A DNA stretch of 63,992 bases, the filler included, from Circinaria calcarea (Eukaryota), in NCBI GenBank assembly GCA_051942165.1. It is 3 parts of 3 records of this genome, joined end to end, with 100 filler letters (N's around TTAATTAATTAA, not from the genome) between each part and the next. Parts side by side here need not be neighbours in the genome. Positions count along the whole stretch, not along the records: positions 23,108 to 46,102 come from JAVECS010000125.1; positions 46,203 to 63,992 come from JAVECS010000255.1; 1 more part is not named here. One strand, 5' to 3'. How positions within the stretch are numbered: position 1 is the first letter of the stretch; every line of letters starts with the position of its first letter. A program made the translations under genes and the position numbers. The notes under the pieces were generated by a model that saw only the letters and a program-made list of their open reading frames with translations, searched no databases and had not been told where the DNA came from. Positions 35,697 to 47,382 of this stretch are shown piece by piece.

Positions 35697-38137
35697 TCAT
35701 GGAGACTCTGGCGCTCCTCGACCCGCGTCACTCTCGCCATTTGGCGAAGTCTCCTGAGCTGCTTACACTGTCAGCAGATGCAACATGCATTCTTCCGCGT
35801 TCAAACATACCACTCCACAACTGCGTATAGACCCCTCCTTGGTCGAGCAGTTGGCTGTGGGTGCCACTCTCGGCCACCTGACCGCCTTGTAGCACGATGA
35901 TCTTGTCGCTGTCGAAGATGGTGCGCAGTCTATGTGCAACGAATACACTCGTCCTTGCCTTTTCCTTCAAGATACCGTTGATGTTCTGTAGAAGCGATTG
36001 CTCCGTATGTGTGTCTAGGGCAGAAGTCTAGCCATCTGTCAGCTGGTGCCGGGTGAACTACAGACGATGGACATACCGCTTCATCGAAGAAGAGCAAAGG
36101 TGGATCTTTTAAGATCAACCTCGAGACGGCCAGTCTTTGCTTCTCCCCGCCCGAAATCATCATACCCCGCTCTCCTACCATGGTGTCGTATCCTGCGGGG
36201 AGTCCAACGACGGTATCGTGGATTCTTGCACGCTTTGCCGCTGTCCGGACTTCTTCTGACGAGGCTTCCATGTTGCCATAGCGGATATTGTGCTCAATTG
36301 TGTTGTTGAAAAGGGGCGTGTCCTGTGGCACTACCCCTATTGCTTTGCGAAGGCTCTCCAAGCTGACATCTCGGATATCTTGATCATCTATCAAAATCCG
36401 GCCCGACTGGACATCATAGAAGCGAAAAAGTAGCCTGAGGATTGTTGACTTTCCACATCCACTCGGTCCCACGATTGCCACCTTTTTCCCAGCCGGTATG
36501 GTGAGGCTCAGGTTCTGGAGAATTGGACGATCCAGGTGATATCCAAAAGTCACATTATCAAACCTTATCTCTCCCCCCTTAACCAACTGCAAGGGCCTTG
36601 GATGTGCAGGCTCCTTCACCGCTATGTTCACTTTCTGTAAGTTGAACAGGGTTTCCATGTCCAGCAAAGACTGCCTTAACTCTCGATAAACCGAGCCCAG
36701 AAAATTCAGTGGCACAGAGAGCTGAAAGACAAGCTGATTCACCATCACCAGATCACCAACAGTGAGTGTGCCAGACGCTACTCCGTCAGCGGCAAGGTAC
36801 ATCATTGCTGCGAGCGCGCTAGAAAAGATGAGGTTCTGGCCTGAATTGAGGAGAGCTAGTGAGGTTGTGACCTTGATAGAGGCGGTCTCGTATGACTTTA
36901 GAGCGGTATCATACCTGCTGACTTCGTACTTCTCGTTGTTGAAATACTTGACTGCTTCGTAATTAATCAGGGAATCCACCGCTACCGTGGCGCCTTGGTT
37001 GTCAGCGGCGTTAGCCTGTTTCCGAAATTTCGTCCGCCACGAAGTTGTAGTAATTGTGAAGGTAGTATAAGCAATCATAGTAGTCGCGGTAATAACAGCG
37101 AACTTTGGTCCATACTGGTACGTCTGCTGGGATTCAGCTCTAAATTTCCTTCAAAGTTTCGTTGCTTGCCTACCAATATCCCGCAAACCATTGTAATTTC
37201 TAGTGCTGTGGGCAGGATGTGGAAGACCATCGAGGTGAGAAGGAAGCTAATGCCTTTCGTGCCCCGATCCAACGCTCTTGTCAAACCCCCTGTCTGCCTT
37301 GAGAGATGGAAGTTGAGGTCAAGGCGTAACAGATGATCGAAGACGTTGCGAGCCACTCGCCGTATCGCTTTCTGAGCAACGTTCGCAAAAACCGCATTAC
37401 GCAGTTCCTGAAAAACCGCGGCTGCTATGCGCGTTGTCCCGTCTGCAATGCATATCAGCAATGAGTTGACTATCTTAAGAAGCTTCCATACATGCCACTA
37501 TCATAGCCCCCCCAACTGTCCAAGCGGTACCACCAAGCGCTGCGAAATCCACATTCATAGAATCCACGATACTTTTGAAGTAGAAAGGAACTTGAACGTT
37601 CAGAACCTAGGAAAACTCAGAGTCTGCGACATTACATTCGCAGTTATGAGGATGTAATGTTTACCTTTGAGCCGATCAGCAGAGCAAAAGCCGTACCGAC
37701 CCTAACCTTCGTCCCGATATCATCCTCCAAGCCTCGTTAGCAGCTTTTTCGGAGCTTCTTTGGTCCTAGCAAACCTTTGGCCATAGATATCTCGCCATCT
37801 CCTTCATGATGGCCCAGTCTGCCTTCCTTTGCTCTTGATTTGAAACTGTCTGCTCCGACAATAGGGGATCGGTTTTGAGCGCATCACCGGACTTCGCAGC
37901 TGTTGGCTTTTGTAACGCCTCTGGTTTAATGCTCTCTGGGACCTCATTTTGCAGAGGAGACGCGCTAGGAAGACCATCGGTAGGGCGCTGTGTTCGCCAT
38001 AGAATACTGGCTTGAGTGAATGGTCGAGTAACTGGGCTAATCAGCATACGTCGTAGGGGTTGATGCGCGGCAAGACAAGAGCGTTGGAAAGATCGAATTG
38101 AATAGAGCTTTGCCCTTGGAGGAATTCGAATGAGCAT
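35697..38137 (-). CDS. ATM1: Mitochondrial ABC half-transporter Atm1 (Fe-S export), multi-exon
   Basis: Arg-rich presequence, [43 protein letters not shown], Walker [37 protein letters not shown]. Confidence 0.96.
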
Positions 38138-38500
38138 GATATTTTCTGTGCCTGAGTGCCTCCCAGTGAAGCACTCAGTTCACCACAATCATTGCCCCTG
38201 GCATGGAAATGCGGAAGGGCGCTCGCGCAGATGAAGTATACTTTGCTATAGTTGTAACTATGGTGACGTGAAGTAATCTATTAGATCTGGAGTTCTAATA
38301 GTGACTCTCCGCAACCTTCTAGCTAGATTATGCATAATTTGAAGGATGCTGGCGTTGTAGCCTTATACTTCTATCGTTACGGGGACCGCTGTCGGACTAC
38401 CCCCACGCTTGTCCGCGGCAGCTTTCCGTCTAAGGGTTTCTAACAGCTTCAAAGCTCCCATCCGCTGGAGCTATACAAGCAACTCTCTCCATTCAACATA

Positions 38501-39955
38501 ATGCGCCATACACTAGGAGCTGTAACGGAATGTACCCTAACACATTCGAGGAATTTACGGTCCGCAGGAGCACATCGTGGATGTATTCCGAAGAAGAGGT
38601 TACTGCAGGTTTCCGCAACTCCATCTGGGGCTTCTCCCAGCGTTCTGCCTTTGGAACCGTCAACGACTACCAATGCCGAGTCACCTGGTCAGCAGTCATG
38701 CCAATTGGACGTATACAACAGTTAACGCGTGATAGATGCTAAATTCGAAGTGCTTGGCGCACCCTATTCCCTCCTCTCGGTTTCACTGTCCGCTTCTCAA
38801 AACCTTTACACCCGGCGTGGAACGCTGGTAGGAATCAGCGGAAAAGCAGAAAATGTGTGCCAATCTACGCCTCGATCAGGTCTTCCTCGCGTACGGCTAA
38901 TTGGATAGGCCATCTCGACTCTTTCCATGCTCGAACCTTTCCGCCGTGCTTTACTAGGAATTCCATTCCTCTATCAAAAGGTACCCGACATGGCGAGGTT
39001 TTCACAAATAGTTAGTTAACAGACGCAGGTGTCATCCACAAGTCCTATTACGGCCCTCATTTCAACCAAGTCTCCAATTACGTCGTTCGCCGTGGTTCAT
39101 CTCGATGGTACCCTAGACTGGATGATAGCTCAGAGGCGGGCCTTGCTTGCATGGACGGGATATACTCTCTCCATTAGCCCTACTATTAACAGACGCATGG
39201 TTGGCATCTAGTTCGGAATGGTAAGCATTCGAAGCTGACTGATGAAGAGCGTAGCGCACTGGGGAAATTCCCAAGTAACCGGGCGAGGTTTGCTAGCTTT
39301 GGCTGGAAAAGGACAGATCTACCAAATAAGTCTCAAGACAGGGGAAGAATATGTTACTCACCCAAGGTAAGCCAGGCGTGGGAGGTGAGGCGAATGTTTC
39401 TAAGATCCCTAGCAACGTGGTTGCCTACACAGTTACACAGCATCCTCCATTACCATACCGGTTGAAATCTTCAGTACTCCAGTTTCAGATACCTAAGATC
39501 AACATGTCCGGCATATTACCAGAAACCAAGTTCTTTCGGGTCATGCGCGAGAGTTATACCTGGAGAGCTTTGACAAAATTCATTTTCACTCTGCGGACGT
39601 GGTCAAGGAGAACGATATGGGGTGACAGGGTGAGAACCTGAAAATCGAAGCTTTGGGCCTTGGAAGCAGACTTATCTTATCGTTTTAGCTGTTCTTGCAA
39701 TTCCACGGCCCTACAACAATCTTATTACAGACTCGGGCTTCTCGCCTAAGCGATGTCCTTAGCACTCGGGACGTGAACGAGATTGCAGACAGTCCACCAG
39801 GTGCCATACAAGCGGCAGTAACGTTGGCTATGTCCGGACCTGAAAAGCCTGCTACGGACTCATCGAGTGGCACCACTCCGGCTTCTGCTCGGCCTACACG
39901 GCTTAGCATGGCGAGTATCGGACCGGATGGAAAGGTAACGTTTGAAGAAAAGTGA
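38501..39955 (+). CDS. AIM24: Altered inheritance of mitochondria protein 24 (AIM24 family), multi-exon; divergent from ATM1
   Basis: Presequence-like N-terminus and spliced motifs [82 protein letters not shown]. Confidence 0.85.
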
Positions 39956-40733
39956 ATTTCGGCGTTGGTCTCTCCCCGTTGAATGGGCGAAGGAGGCATC
40001 TCGTTCAATGGTTCGCACAGCGAATGCTACAGGTGTACGCGCTTCCTTGGAAGAAAAACGATCATATCATTGTAGTATAGTATAGTTCTTAAAACATGCA
40101 TGCTCAACTCCCACGCCCCGGGGAATTAGTAGGCCAGGCACAGAAAGTCAAAATTGCAGCACTAGACCCAGGTACTTTACTGCGATGGACAAGTCAAGCT
40201 CAGAGGGTATGAATGTGCACAACCTCTTGTGCTTTTCACAACGTTGGGAAGGGGCTTCTTAGGTGCAGTGGGGAAGACGCAACGGGATAAAAATCCCCTT
40301 TGACGAGGCGAACACGCCAATGCTAAAGACCCTCATCTACCAACTTAAAAACATGTGTTTACAAAACAGTCGCCATGTTCAAAGGGTATTCTATATCAAA
40401 ATAGGACAATTTTTCTTCCGTTTCGTTTCTATGGTATTATCGAGAAAATGGATAGTAGCAGCATGCAGATCCATTCAACACCATTGAATCAGATAGATCG
40501 GCTTCCCCCATGTTTAAAGCAGAAGGGAGTGAAGTACGGTATCCTTAAGTAGTCGAATAATAGAGAATGCAAAATGTCAAAGTCGGTAGCCTCGAAAGAG
40601 ATACTAGATTCTCAAGCCGGAATTCCCTTCTCTGCGCTCAAGTCTTACCAAGACCCAAAACTAACCGGTCAGATGGGATAGAGAGTGATTCCTTGATATA
40701 GCAGTAAGATAACCTGGGGCTGCAACGCTAAAT

Positions 40734-41872
40734 CTACACCTTAGCTTCGACACCAGAATGTAAACTATAGGCGCTCAGGTCATCCGTCTCGGTTGTTCGA
40801 TGGAGTTCATGTCTGCGATTTAACGCTATTCTGTCAGAATTATTATAGGGGGTCGAAGATTTGCGGTTCGGCCTTGAAAGAAGACTGCGATAGCTTGGCA
40901 GCGCACAAACCATCACAGCAATGGTGGGTTCGCAAAGTGCCCAGGCTGCGTTGGCGTTAGGGAATCGGGATAAGTAGCTGGAAGCGGTATAGACGGTTCG
41001 CAGGATGTCGAACACAATATCGATTGTTACAATTGCAAAAATAGCGGCGAGGCCAATTTTCTGTGATCTCGCCATCTGTAAGGACCTCAGCATGCTCAAA
41101 GGAAGGGCCATAACTGGTTGACATTAGTGGGCGTCTATGGGGGGAGGGAGCTTTTACAGCAGCACGACATACTTAGCAGGTCTCCAACCACGTTTAGGAC
41201 GCACCAAAGTGAGACGATGGTAATCACACGCTTGTGCGTTATTGAGCTACACACCGCTATAATGGTTTGTTAACACTTTGAAGCATTCCGGCTTGGGGAC
41301 AGTACTGTAAGCAGTAGAGATGAAGGTCTAGACATACCAGGATCGATGGCACTTTTCGGGTTATTACATTGCCATAACTTGGCTATTAAAATACCACAAA
41401 AAGAGAGGCAGGTATAGACCGTGACTGCCCACCACGCCTTTCGAAAGCCCGGCGATACTTTGAATAAAGACCAGTATAGAGCCAGGAACGAAGCCTTGAC
41501 CAGATAAATTACGATCCAGAACAATATTATATTGGCTAATCTTATTTTGAGACTGAAAATGATATCCTCTTTGGTCGGGGCGACATCGCTAAGGCCGAGA
41601 CCATAGAGTTGAGCATTGTACTCGGTAGGAAGGTATACTTGGTAGGTTGCAATGAAGCCTATAAGAGCTACCAGCGCTGCGCCGTTCAAAACGTCGTCCC
41701 ACTGAAGCTTCCGAACAATCCTCCACCTGGTGTAAAACCGACCGAAGGTAAGAAGGATAGCAAGCACACAGAGGGTCCATGCTAGCGCCTCGAGGATGTC
41801 AGCGTGAACGTCCCATCACAGTCAGGGAAACGGGAGACATACATTCAAGCCAGCGATTGGGATAATGTCCAT
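40734..41872 (-). CDS. PTH11-like (fungal rhodopsin-like domain) integral membrane protein, no CFEM
   Basis: RFYTRWRIVRKLQWDD, YLVKASFLALYW, MALPLSMLRSLQM, WALCEPTIAVMVCALP. ATG at 41872, GT-AG introns. Confidence 0.85.
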
Positions 41873-42074
41873 GCTGGCGCTGTCAAGATTCCTGCCGGAC
41901 CTTGGAAGTATTAAGAGGACTTGGAGGAGAAAAGAGGGGTTTAATGTCCAATATCTCCCCGGCCCAGGCCTCCTGGACTAGGTACGACTGGATGGACCAC
42001 ATCGAGGGGGGTTTGATATGTGTATGATAAAAGTAGGCAGATGGATCCGCGCATTTGGCCGGGATTTTCTGCTA

Positions 42075-42212
42075 CTCGGGGTAACCATGAAACGGGTGGC
42101 CCCCCAAAGGTCCCTTTGCTTAGCGGCCTTTCATAGATATTTACTTAGCCAAGAAATAACAATACTAATAGCTGATTTTAGCGGGGAGCCACCCGTTCAT
42201 GGTCACCCCGAG
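42075..42212. mobile_element. Tc1/mariner-type MITE (138 bp), TA target duplication
   Basis: TA|CTCGGGGTAACCATGAAACGGGTGG ... CCACCCGTTCATGGTCACCCCGAG|TA gives ~25-bp TIRs with one substitution and one 1-nt indel. Confidence 0.8.
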
Positions 42213-43157
42213 TATATAGAAAAGCATACGCCCCATGACGGGGAGTCTGGCGGACGGTGTTTGGAGCAGGTGACGATTGGGCAGGTTACTAGGCTGTACC
42301 GCACATGTACAGCTGTTTTCCCGATAAGGTCACACAGCCGATGCTCGTTCGCATCCTGGATGCTGAACTGGACAAACGAGAGTAGGGTTACACTGTTATT
42401 TAGACTTCGGGTACCCTTGCACTGCTCACGGATGGTGGCGCCATCGACTCCGTTATCCGCTAATATATCACGAGATGCGGGGCCGGGTACATAAGTGCCC
42501 GTCATTCTCTGCAATATCCGGCAATACGGTTGGCCCAGCTAGATCTCTCCATCTCGCTGTCCCTTAACTTTGCATTCAACGTCGCATCAGCTATTGGATC
42601 TACAGAGTACCTACATAATCAATGCGGGCTGGTGCTTCTTTCCAATGATGTCGAGTCGTGAGGCGGGATGCTTAGGCGATACCATCAGGTCGGGCACCAA
42701 GTCCAAATAGGTAAGGGAGTGAGATTAGAGAGTACTGCTGGGAAATAAATGACATTGGTCTGGCTGAAGGCTGTTACTTGGACGAGGCTCGACGGTGATA
42801 TTTCAGGCACCTGTCGTACCACATGATTGCCTCCCTGACCTCCCGTTCTCGCCTACTGTTTGAGGCGTAGGTAATTGAGTGCTCGCAGGCCGTTATCATG
42901 CTACCGGCCGGGGGAAAGAGTTGGCCACTATTAACCCCTGGTGCCCTTCTTACCTTCTACTGAGAGGAGGTAGGTCATTGTCGATCGATCAGGCAACTTC
43001 TATTCTCTTCACCCCGGTCTCGCCGCTACTTTGGATTGTTCTTTTTAAGCTCTCTCACTTTGCAATTGGGTCTTTAGCTTTCAAATCCACAATGAGCTCT
43101 TGAAGTAATGACGTATAAATCAAAGCATTGGGAAATCTGTTGCTGTTAGCAGTAACC

Positions 43158-45545
43158 ATGAAATCTATAGCAATCGTTGGCGCAGGCCCTGCTGGCCTCG
43201 TGGCGGCAAAAACTCTTCTCCATTCTTATCCCGCAGGAACTTTCCGAGTATTGATTTACGAACAGTCTCCTCGCATTGGTGGCCTATGGGCTTGTGAATC
43301 GCCTGTTCAAACTGGCCTCATTAATCCTGAAATGCGGACAAACCTTACCCAGTTCACCGTTTCCTTCTCTGACTTGTCTTGGGAATCTGTCGATGTCAGC
43401 GGTAGGCCTCATGTCGATGGCTCGAATGCAACTGCTACGGATGCTACATTCGCACCTATATATCCAAAGGCATGGCATGTGGACCGTTACCTCCGGCAAT
43501 ACTTTCAGAAATTCATCCCAGCAGATATCATCTCTTTCAACACTCGGGTCAAATATGCAGAGCGGGTTCATCAGGATGGACGTATATATTGGAAAGTTAA
43601 ATCTTTCGATTGTTCTAACCATCACGTTGAGGCTGAAAGAACATTTGACTATATGATTGTCACTTCCGGCTTTCTCGAGCGGCCGCGGGAGATTGACTGT
43701 AAGATCCACAATGTTGTTCCCAGCCAACGCCAAATACGGATCTTACATAGCTCTCAATTTCGAACACTTTCCGACCTATCAATCAACGGTGAACCACTGA
43801 AGGGAGGAAAGGTGCTCGTCGTAGGTGGCTCTCATTCAGGAGGTGATATAGCAGCATCCATTGCCTTCCAGATGTCCACTGGTCGATATTCGCCATTATC
43901 TCAAGGCGCCCAGCCTTTAGAAATAGTTCATGTTATGCCGCAGCCAATGTACGCTATTCCTCCTTTTATCCCAGCCAGCGAAGAGACTCGAGGTTTCATA
44001 CCTTTGGACTTCCTCCTCTACCGAGCAGTAACGCGCCCACCAGGACCGATTTCGTTTTCCTTTGGAAGAATGACACCCGAGAGAGCTGAAGGAATGCGAA
44101 ACCTAATTCTATCCCTGTTAAACGGGAGCAAGCCTGACTCAACCTCCCTAGAGACTGAGAAACAAGAGGATAGAGAGATGGTTCCACCGTATGCAATTGT
44201 CAACGAAAGCTATGTGGAATTTGTTCGGTCGGGTGCTATTGTGCCCAAAATTGGGCGTCTGCTAAAATTGGCCACGCAGCAAGCTATTACTTCTCCGAGA
44301 GTGAGTCGTTCTAATCCGGTATGCAAATCCAATATATCTAGTCTTATCCTATTGAGATCTTCTCCGTCTTGTCAAATACCTCTGTAACTAAGTAGTTCTA
44401 ACAGTATATAGAATGACCTTGACTTCTTATGTGCTACCGTGGCCAATTTCTCGGATGCAATTCAAATCGAAGACGTTGCGGCTGTTGTTTATGCTACCGG
44501 CTACACGGCCTCGGCGGCTCTTAGTTTTCTTCCTGACGAAGTGAAAACGCATCTTGGATTTGATGCTGCTTATCCTCGTCTACCTTTACTACTTGAAAGC
44601 GACTTCCTAACGCGCACAGCAGCAATCTCAGACCTGGCCTTTATCGGTTTCAGCAATGGGCCTTACTGGGGTGTCATGGAAATGCAAGCTCGTGTAACGG
44701 CCAGAAGATGGGCTTTCGACATGGAGTTAGGAGCTGACGAAAGAAGAAAGCAAGATTCGGCAAATATCATTTCCTGCATGCACGACTTTAGACGCGCTAT
44801 GGCAAATGAGAAATCGGCCGTACCGCAAAATCTGTTTGGTGATTACGTCGGCCTTATGGAGCAGGCGTCCAGGGAGTTGGATCTCGAGAGGAATGACCTG
44901 AGCTGGGGGGAAAGGGAGGGTCCGATATGCCCTTCACGCTACACTGACGCGGGAACTGATCAAAAGGAAGCGCAGAAAACCATGGCAAGTCTTCAGCAAG
45001 TGATGGAGAAAGCTCTACACCAAGGATTGTTTGTTGCGAGAGCCGCTTTTCGAGCTTTGCAAGGCAACTGGAAAACCCAGTGTTTGGGCCGTCAGGATCC
45101 CCAAAGCCCTGCTCTCCTAAATCAGAATTTGACTGTCATGGCCAGCTTTCATCCCCGAATACCAACGGACCCAGACTTTGACTTCGAGTATCTCTATATC
45201 GAGAAATGCATGTCGGTTGCCGACGCTGGCGATCCTGGAGCGGTCAGCCGCAGCCTCGTATATCGATACAGTGAAGCTCTGGATAAGATGGGGGTTTGGT
45301 CCGTCAAGGACGACGACGGCAACATGACGGCCGGTAACCTCGATTACCTCGTCGATTTCGACTTGGCGGATGGGAAGCCTCCGACGAAGAAGACATGGTC
45401 CGCAATCGGAAGGAATACCGATGGCGTAGACACCGTCTCCTCCACCTACACGTTTCATTTCAGCGGTGCCGCTTTGCACAAGTTCTCGATCGAGACCAAA
45501 ATCGGCAATACCGACGCCGGACCTGTGCTTGAGTTTGTACGCTGA
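43158..45545 (+). CDS. Flavin-containing monooxygenase (class B/FMO-like) with extra C-terminal domain (DUF6314-like); intron ~44301/44319-44411
   Basis: IVGAGPAGL FAD motif, IGGLW, ILHSSQFR FMO motif, VVGGSHSGGDIA NADPH motif, YATGY, MEMQAR. C-terminal ARAAFRALQGNW...FHPR..FEYLYIE...YRYSE. Confidence 0.88.
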
Positions 45546-45880
45546 GGGAAGGAGATTATCCCGGGGGGGGGGGGGGAGATCATCCGACTAGCTAGCAATG
45601 ACTTGTTACGGATCGTGTAGCTAGGAAGGAAAGTCATGTTTTCGTTTTCTTTACTCTCCTTAATCGTACCCCGCTACTAGACCTGCCAGTCTAGTACCCG
45701 TCAGTCGCTTGATAGGAGTCAGTCGCATAATAGAACTTCAAATATATCTAACTTACCTCACCAAATATATTATACGTATACGTAGGCATGTTCTCTTAAT
45801 AATATTTATCTGGAATCAGTACTACTATGGTTATAAATATAAAAAAATTACACGAATATAAATTATTTTATATTTAATAA

Positions 45881-46085
45881 TGTCAGGCCCTACGGTTAGG
45901 GGGTGGCGATACCTCGTTTAGTTGGCGTCTTGGCGTATAGTGAAAACCTTTCACTCGCACACTTCTTCCTCTGTAATGATTAGTTCTCGCATACACTGCG
46001 TATAGCCATCGTATTGCTCGTGCCTCACATTACCACATACCTTAGCTTTAGATACTTTACAAGTAAAGTATTCTACGGCCTTACA
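45881..46085. mobile_element. Solo LTR (205 bp) with 5-bp TSD AATAA
   Basis: Starts TGTCAGGCC and ends GGCCTTACA (8/9 inverted). AATAA at 45876-45880 and 46086-46090. AT-rich surroundings. Confidence 0.78.
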
Positions 46086-46091
46086 AATAAC

Positions 46092-46099
46092 AAAAAAAA
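46092..46099 (-). terminator. Probable Pol III oligo(T) terminator of the 5S gene
   Basis: A8 on plus (T8 on minus) immediately across the spacer from the 5S 3' end. Confidence 0.6.
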
Positions 46100-46102
46100 C
46101 TA

Positions 46103-46202
46103 NNNNNNNNNNNNNNNNNNNNNNNNNNNNNNNNNNNNNNNNNNNNTTAATTAATTAANNNNNNNNNNNNNNNNNNNNNNNNNNNNNNNNNNNNNNNNNN
46201 NN
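46103..46202. other. Artificial assembly spacer N44-TTAATTAATTAA-N44
   Basis: Same 100-nt linker as 23008-23107. Confidence 0.97.
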
Positions 46203-46318
46203 TACAACAGCGGGTATTCGCTGGTGGTCACCCACCCAACTACTAATCCGCCGATCTCAAGCTTGTGTCTGGCAGAGCGGACGGGATGCCCAATTTTCTG
46301 GAGTCTATGGTCGTATGT
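46203..46318 (-). rRNA. 5S rRNA gene (dispersed copy; last 2-3 nt at the spacer)
   Basis: Minus strand ACATACGACCATAGACTCCAGAAAATTGGGCATCCCGTCCGCTCTGCC...TTAGTAGTTGGGTGGGTGACCACCAGCGAATACCCGCTGTTGTA is a canonical filamentous-ascomycete 5S. Confidence 0.97.
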
Positions 46319-46624
46319 GGGGGATGGGTTTCTTGTATGGTAATTAACAGTAAGAAGTGTTGTTTCCATTTTGTGTTTTTTTTTTGTTGATGATGATGAT
46401 TATTTCGTCTGCTCTGCTCTGCTGGCTTTCTGCTCTCTATTCGCTCACTTTACTCCTTTATACTCCCTCCCTACTAAAGTCTGCTCTTGTTTGTTGGTAG
46501 CTTTTGGAAGACGGTTGTATATGGCTCCCTAACACATCATCTCACCATCTCACCATCTTGTGCCTGCACTTTCTCTTTTGTCCTCCTAGCTGGCCTAGTT
46601 CAGGGTCCTACTACTCTCATGCCC

Positions 46625-46711
46625 AATGCCCTGAAACGAAAGTGGAAGGGTTTAACTTCGGCGGGAGATTTTCCGAACCGAACCAAAATCTTGTGGTGTT
46701 CTCACTCTGGT
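46625..46711. repeat. Copy 2 of dispersed duplication (4054-4069 joined to 4223-4293)
   Basis: See copy 1. Same orientation, and the 153 nt between the two blocks are absent here. Confidence 0.85.
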
Positions 46712-46827
46712 CTCAAAATTAACCTAAAAGGGCTTAGTTTTTTACCTTATTAAGCCTAGTTCTTCGCTCGAATGGGCTTAGCTTTTCTAATCTATTTGGG
46801 CTTATTAGGTTTAGCGTAGTATAATTT

Positions 46828-47300
46828 TATGCTAATAGCTTTATGCTATGTTGCAGCTTTATGCTATGCTGCGTGTTATGCTATGCTACGAGCTATGCTA
46901 TATCGTGAGCTATGTTATGCTGCGTGCTATGCTATGCTGCGTGCTATGCTCCATGCTATGCTCCATGCTCTTTCCATGCTCTTTCCATGCTCTTTCCATG
47001 CTCTTTCCATGCTATGCTGCGTGCTATGCTTTATGCTATACTGCGTGCTTTCGCTATGCTATGCTTCATGCTATACTACCCGCTTTCTCTATGCTATGCC
47101 GCGTGCTTTTTCCATGCTATGCAGCATGCTATCGCTATGCTATGCCGCGTGCTATTGCTATGCTATGCCGCGTGCTATTGTTATGCTATACCGCGTGCTC
47201 TTTCCATACTATGCAGCGTGCTATGCTCGGTGCTATATTAGGTGTTATACTGGGTGCTATACTAGGTGCTATACTGCATGCTATGCTGAATGCTATATTA
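46828..47300. repeat. Degenerate (GCTAT)n-based minisatellite with GCGTGCTAT and GCTCTTTCCAT sub-units
   Basis: Directly visible low-complexity tandem array in TpA-rich context, preceded by three GGGCTTA motifs (46730-46805). Confidence 0.9.
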
Positions 47301-47355
47301 TATATTTAATTAAATATAATACATTTCAGGGCTCTACGCGCTCACGCGCGTCACA

Positions 47356-47382
47356 AGTTCTCTTAAGTTTATGGTCGTATGT
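47356..47382 (-). pseudogene. 5' fragment (nt 1-27) of a second 5S rRNA gene
   Basis: Minus strand ACATACGACCATAAACTTAAGAGAACT vs intact copy ACATACGACCATAGACTCCAGAAAATT: first 13 nt identical, 22/27 overall. Similarity then ends. Confidence 0.7.

Noticed and set aside
45604..45790. Further LTR starting TGTTACG after the FMO gene
   Set aside because: No matching inverted terminus or TSD found; only an AT-rich relic can be claimed.
4290..46625. 42-kb segment between the two direct repeats as one mobile element
   Set aside because: Contains single-copy core genes (PDK1, VAC14, ATM1, AIM24) and no recombinase or transposase.
47326..47351. Helitron 3' end (GC hairpin followed by CTRR)
   Set aside because: The hairpin is present, but CTGA is not followed by T and no 5' TC end or Rep/helicase remnant was found.
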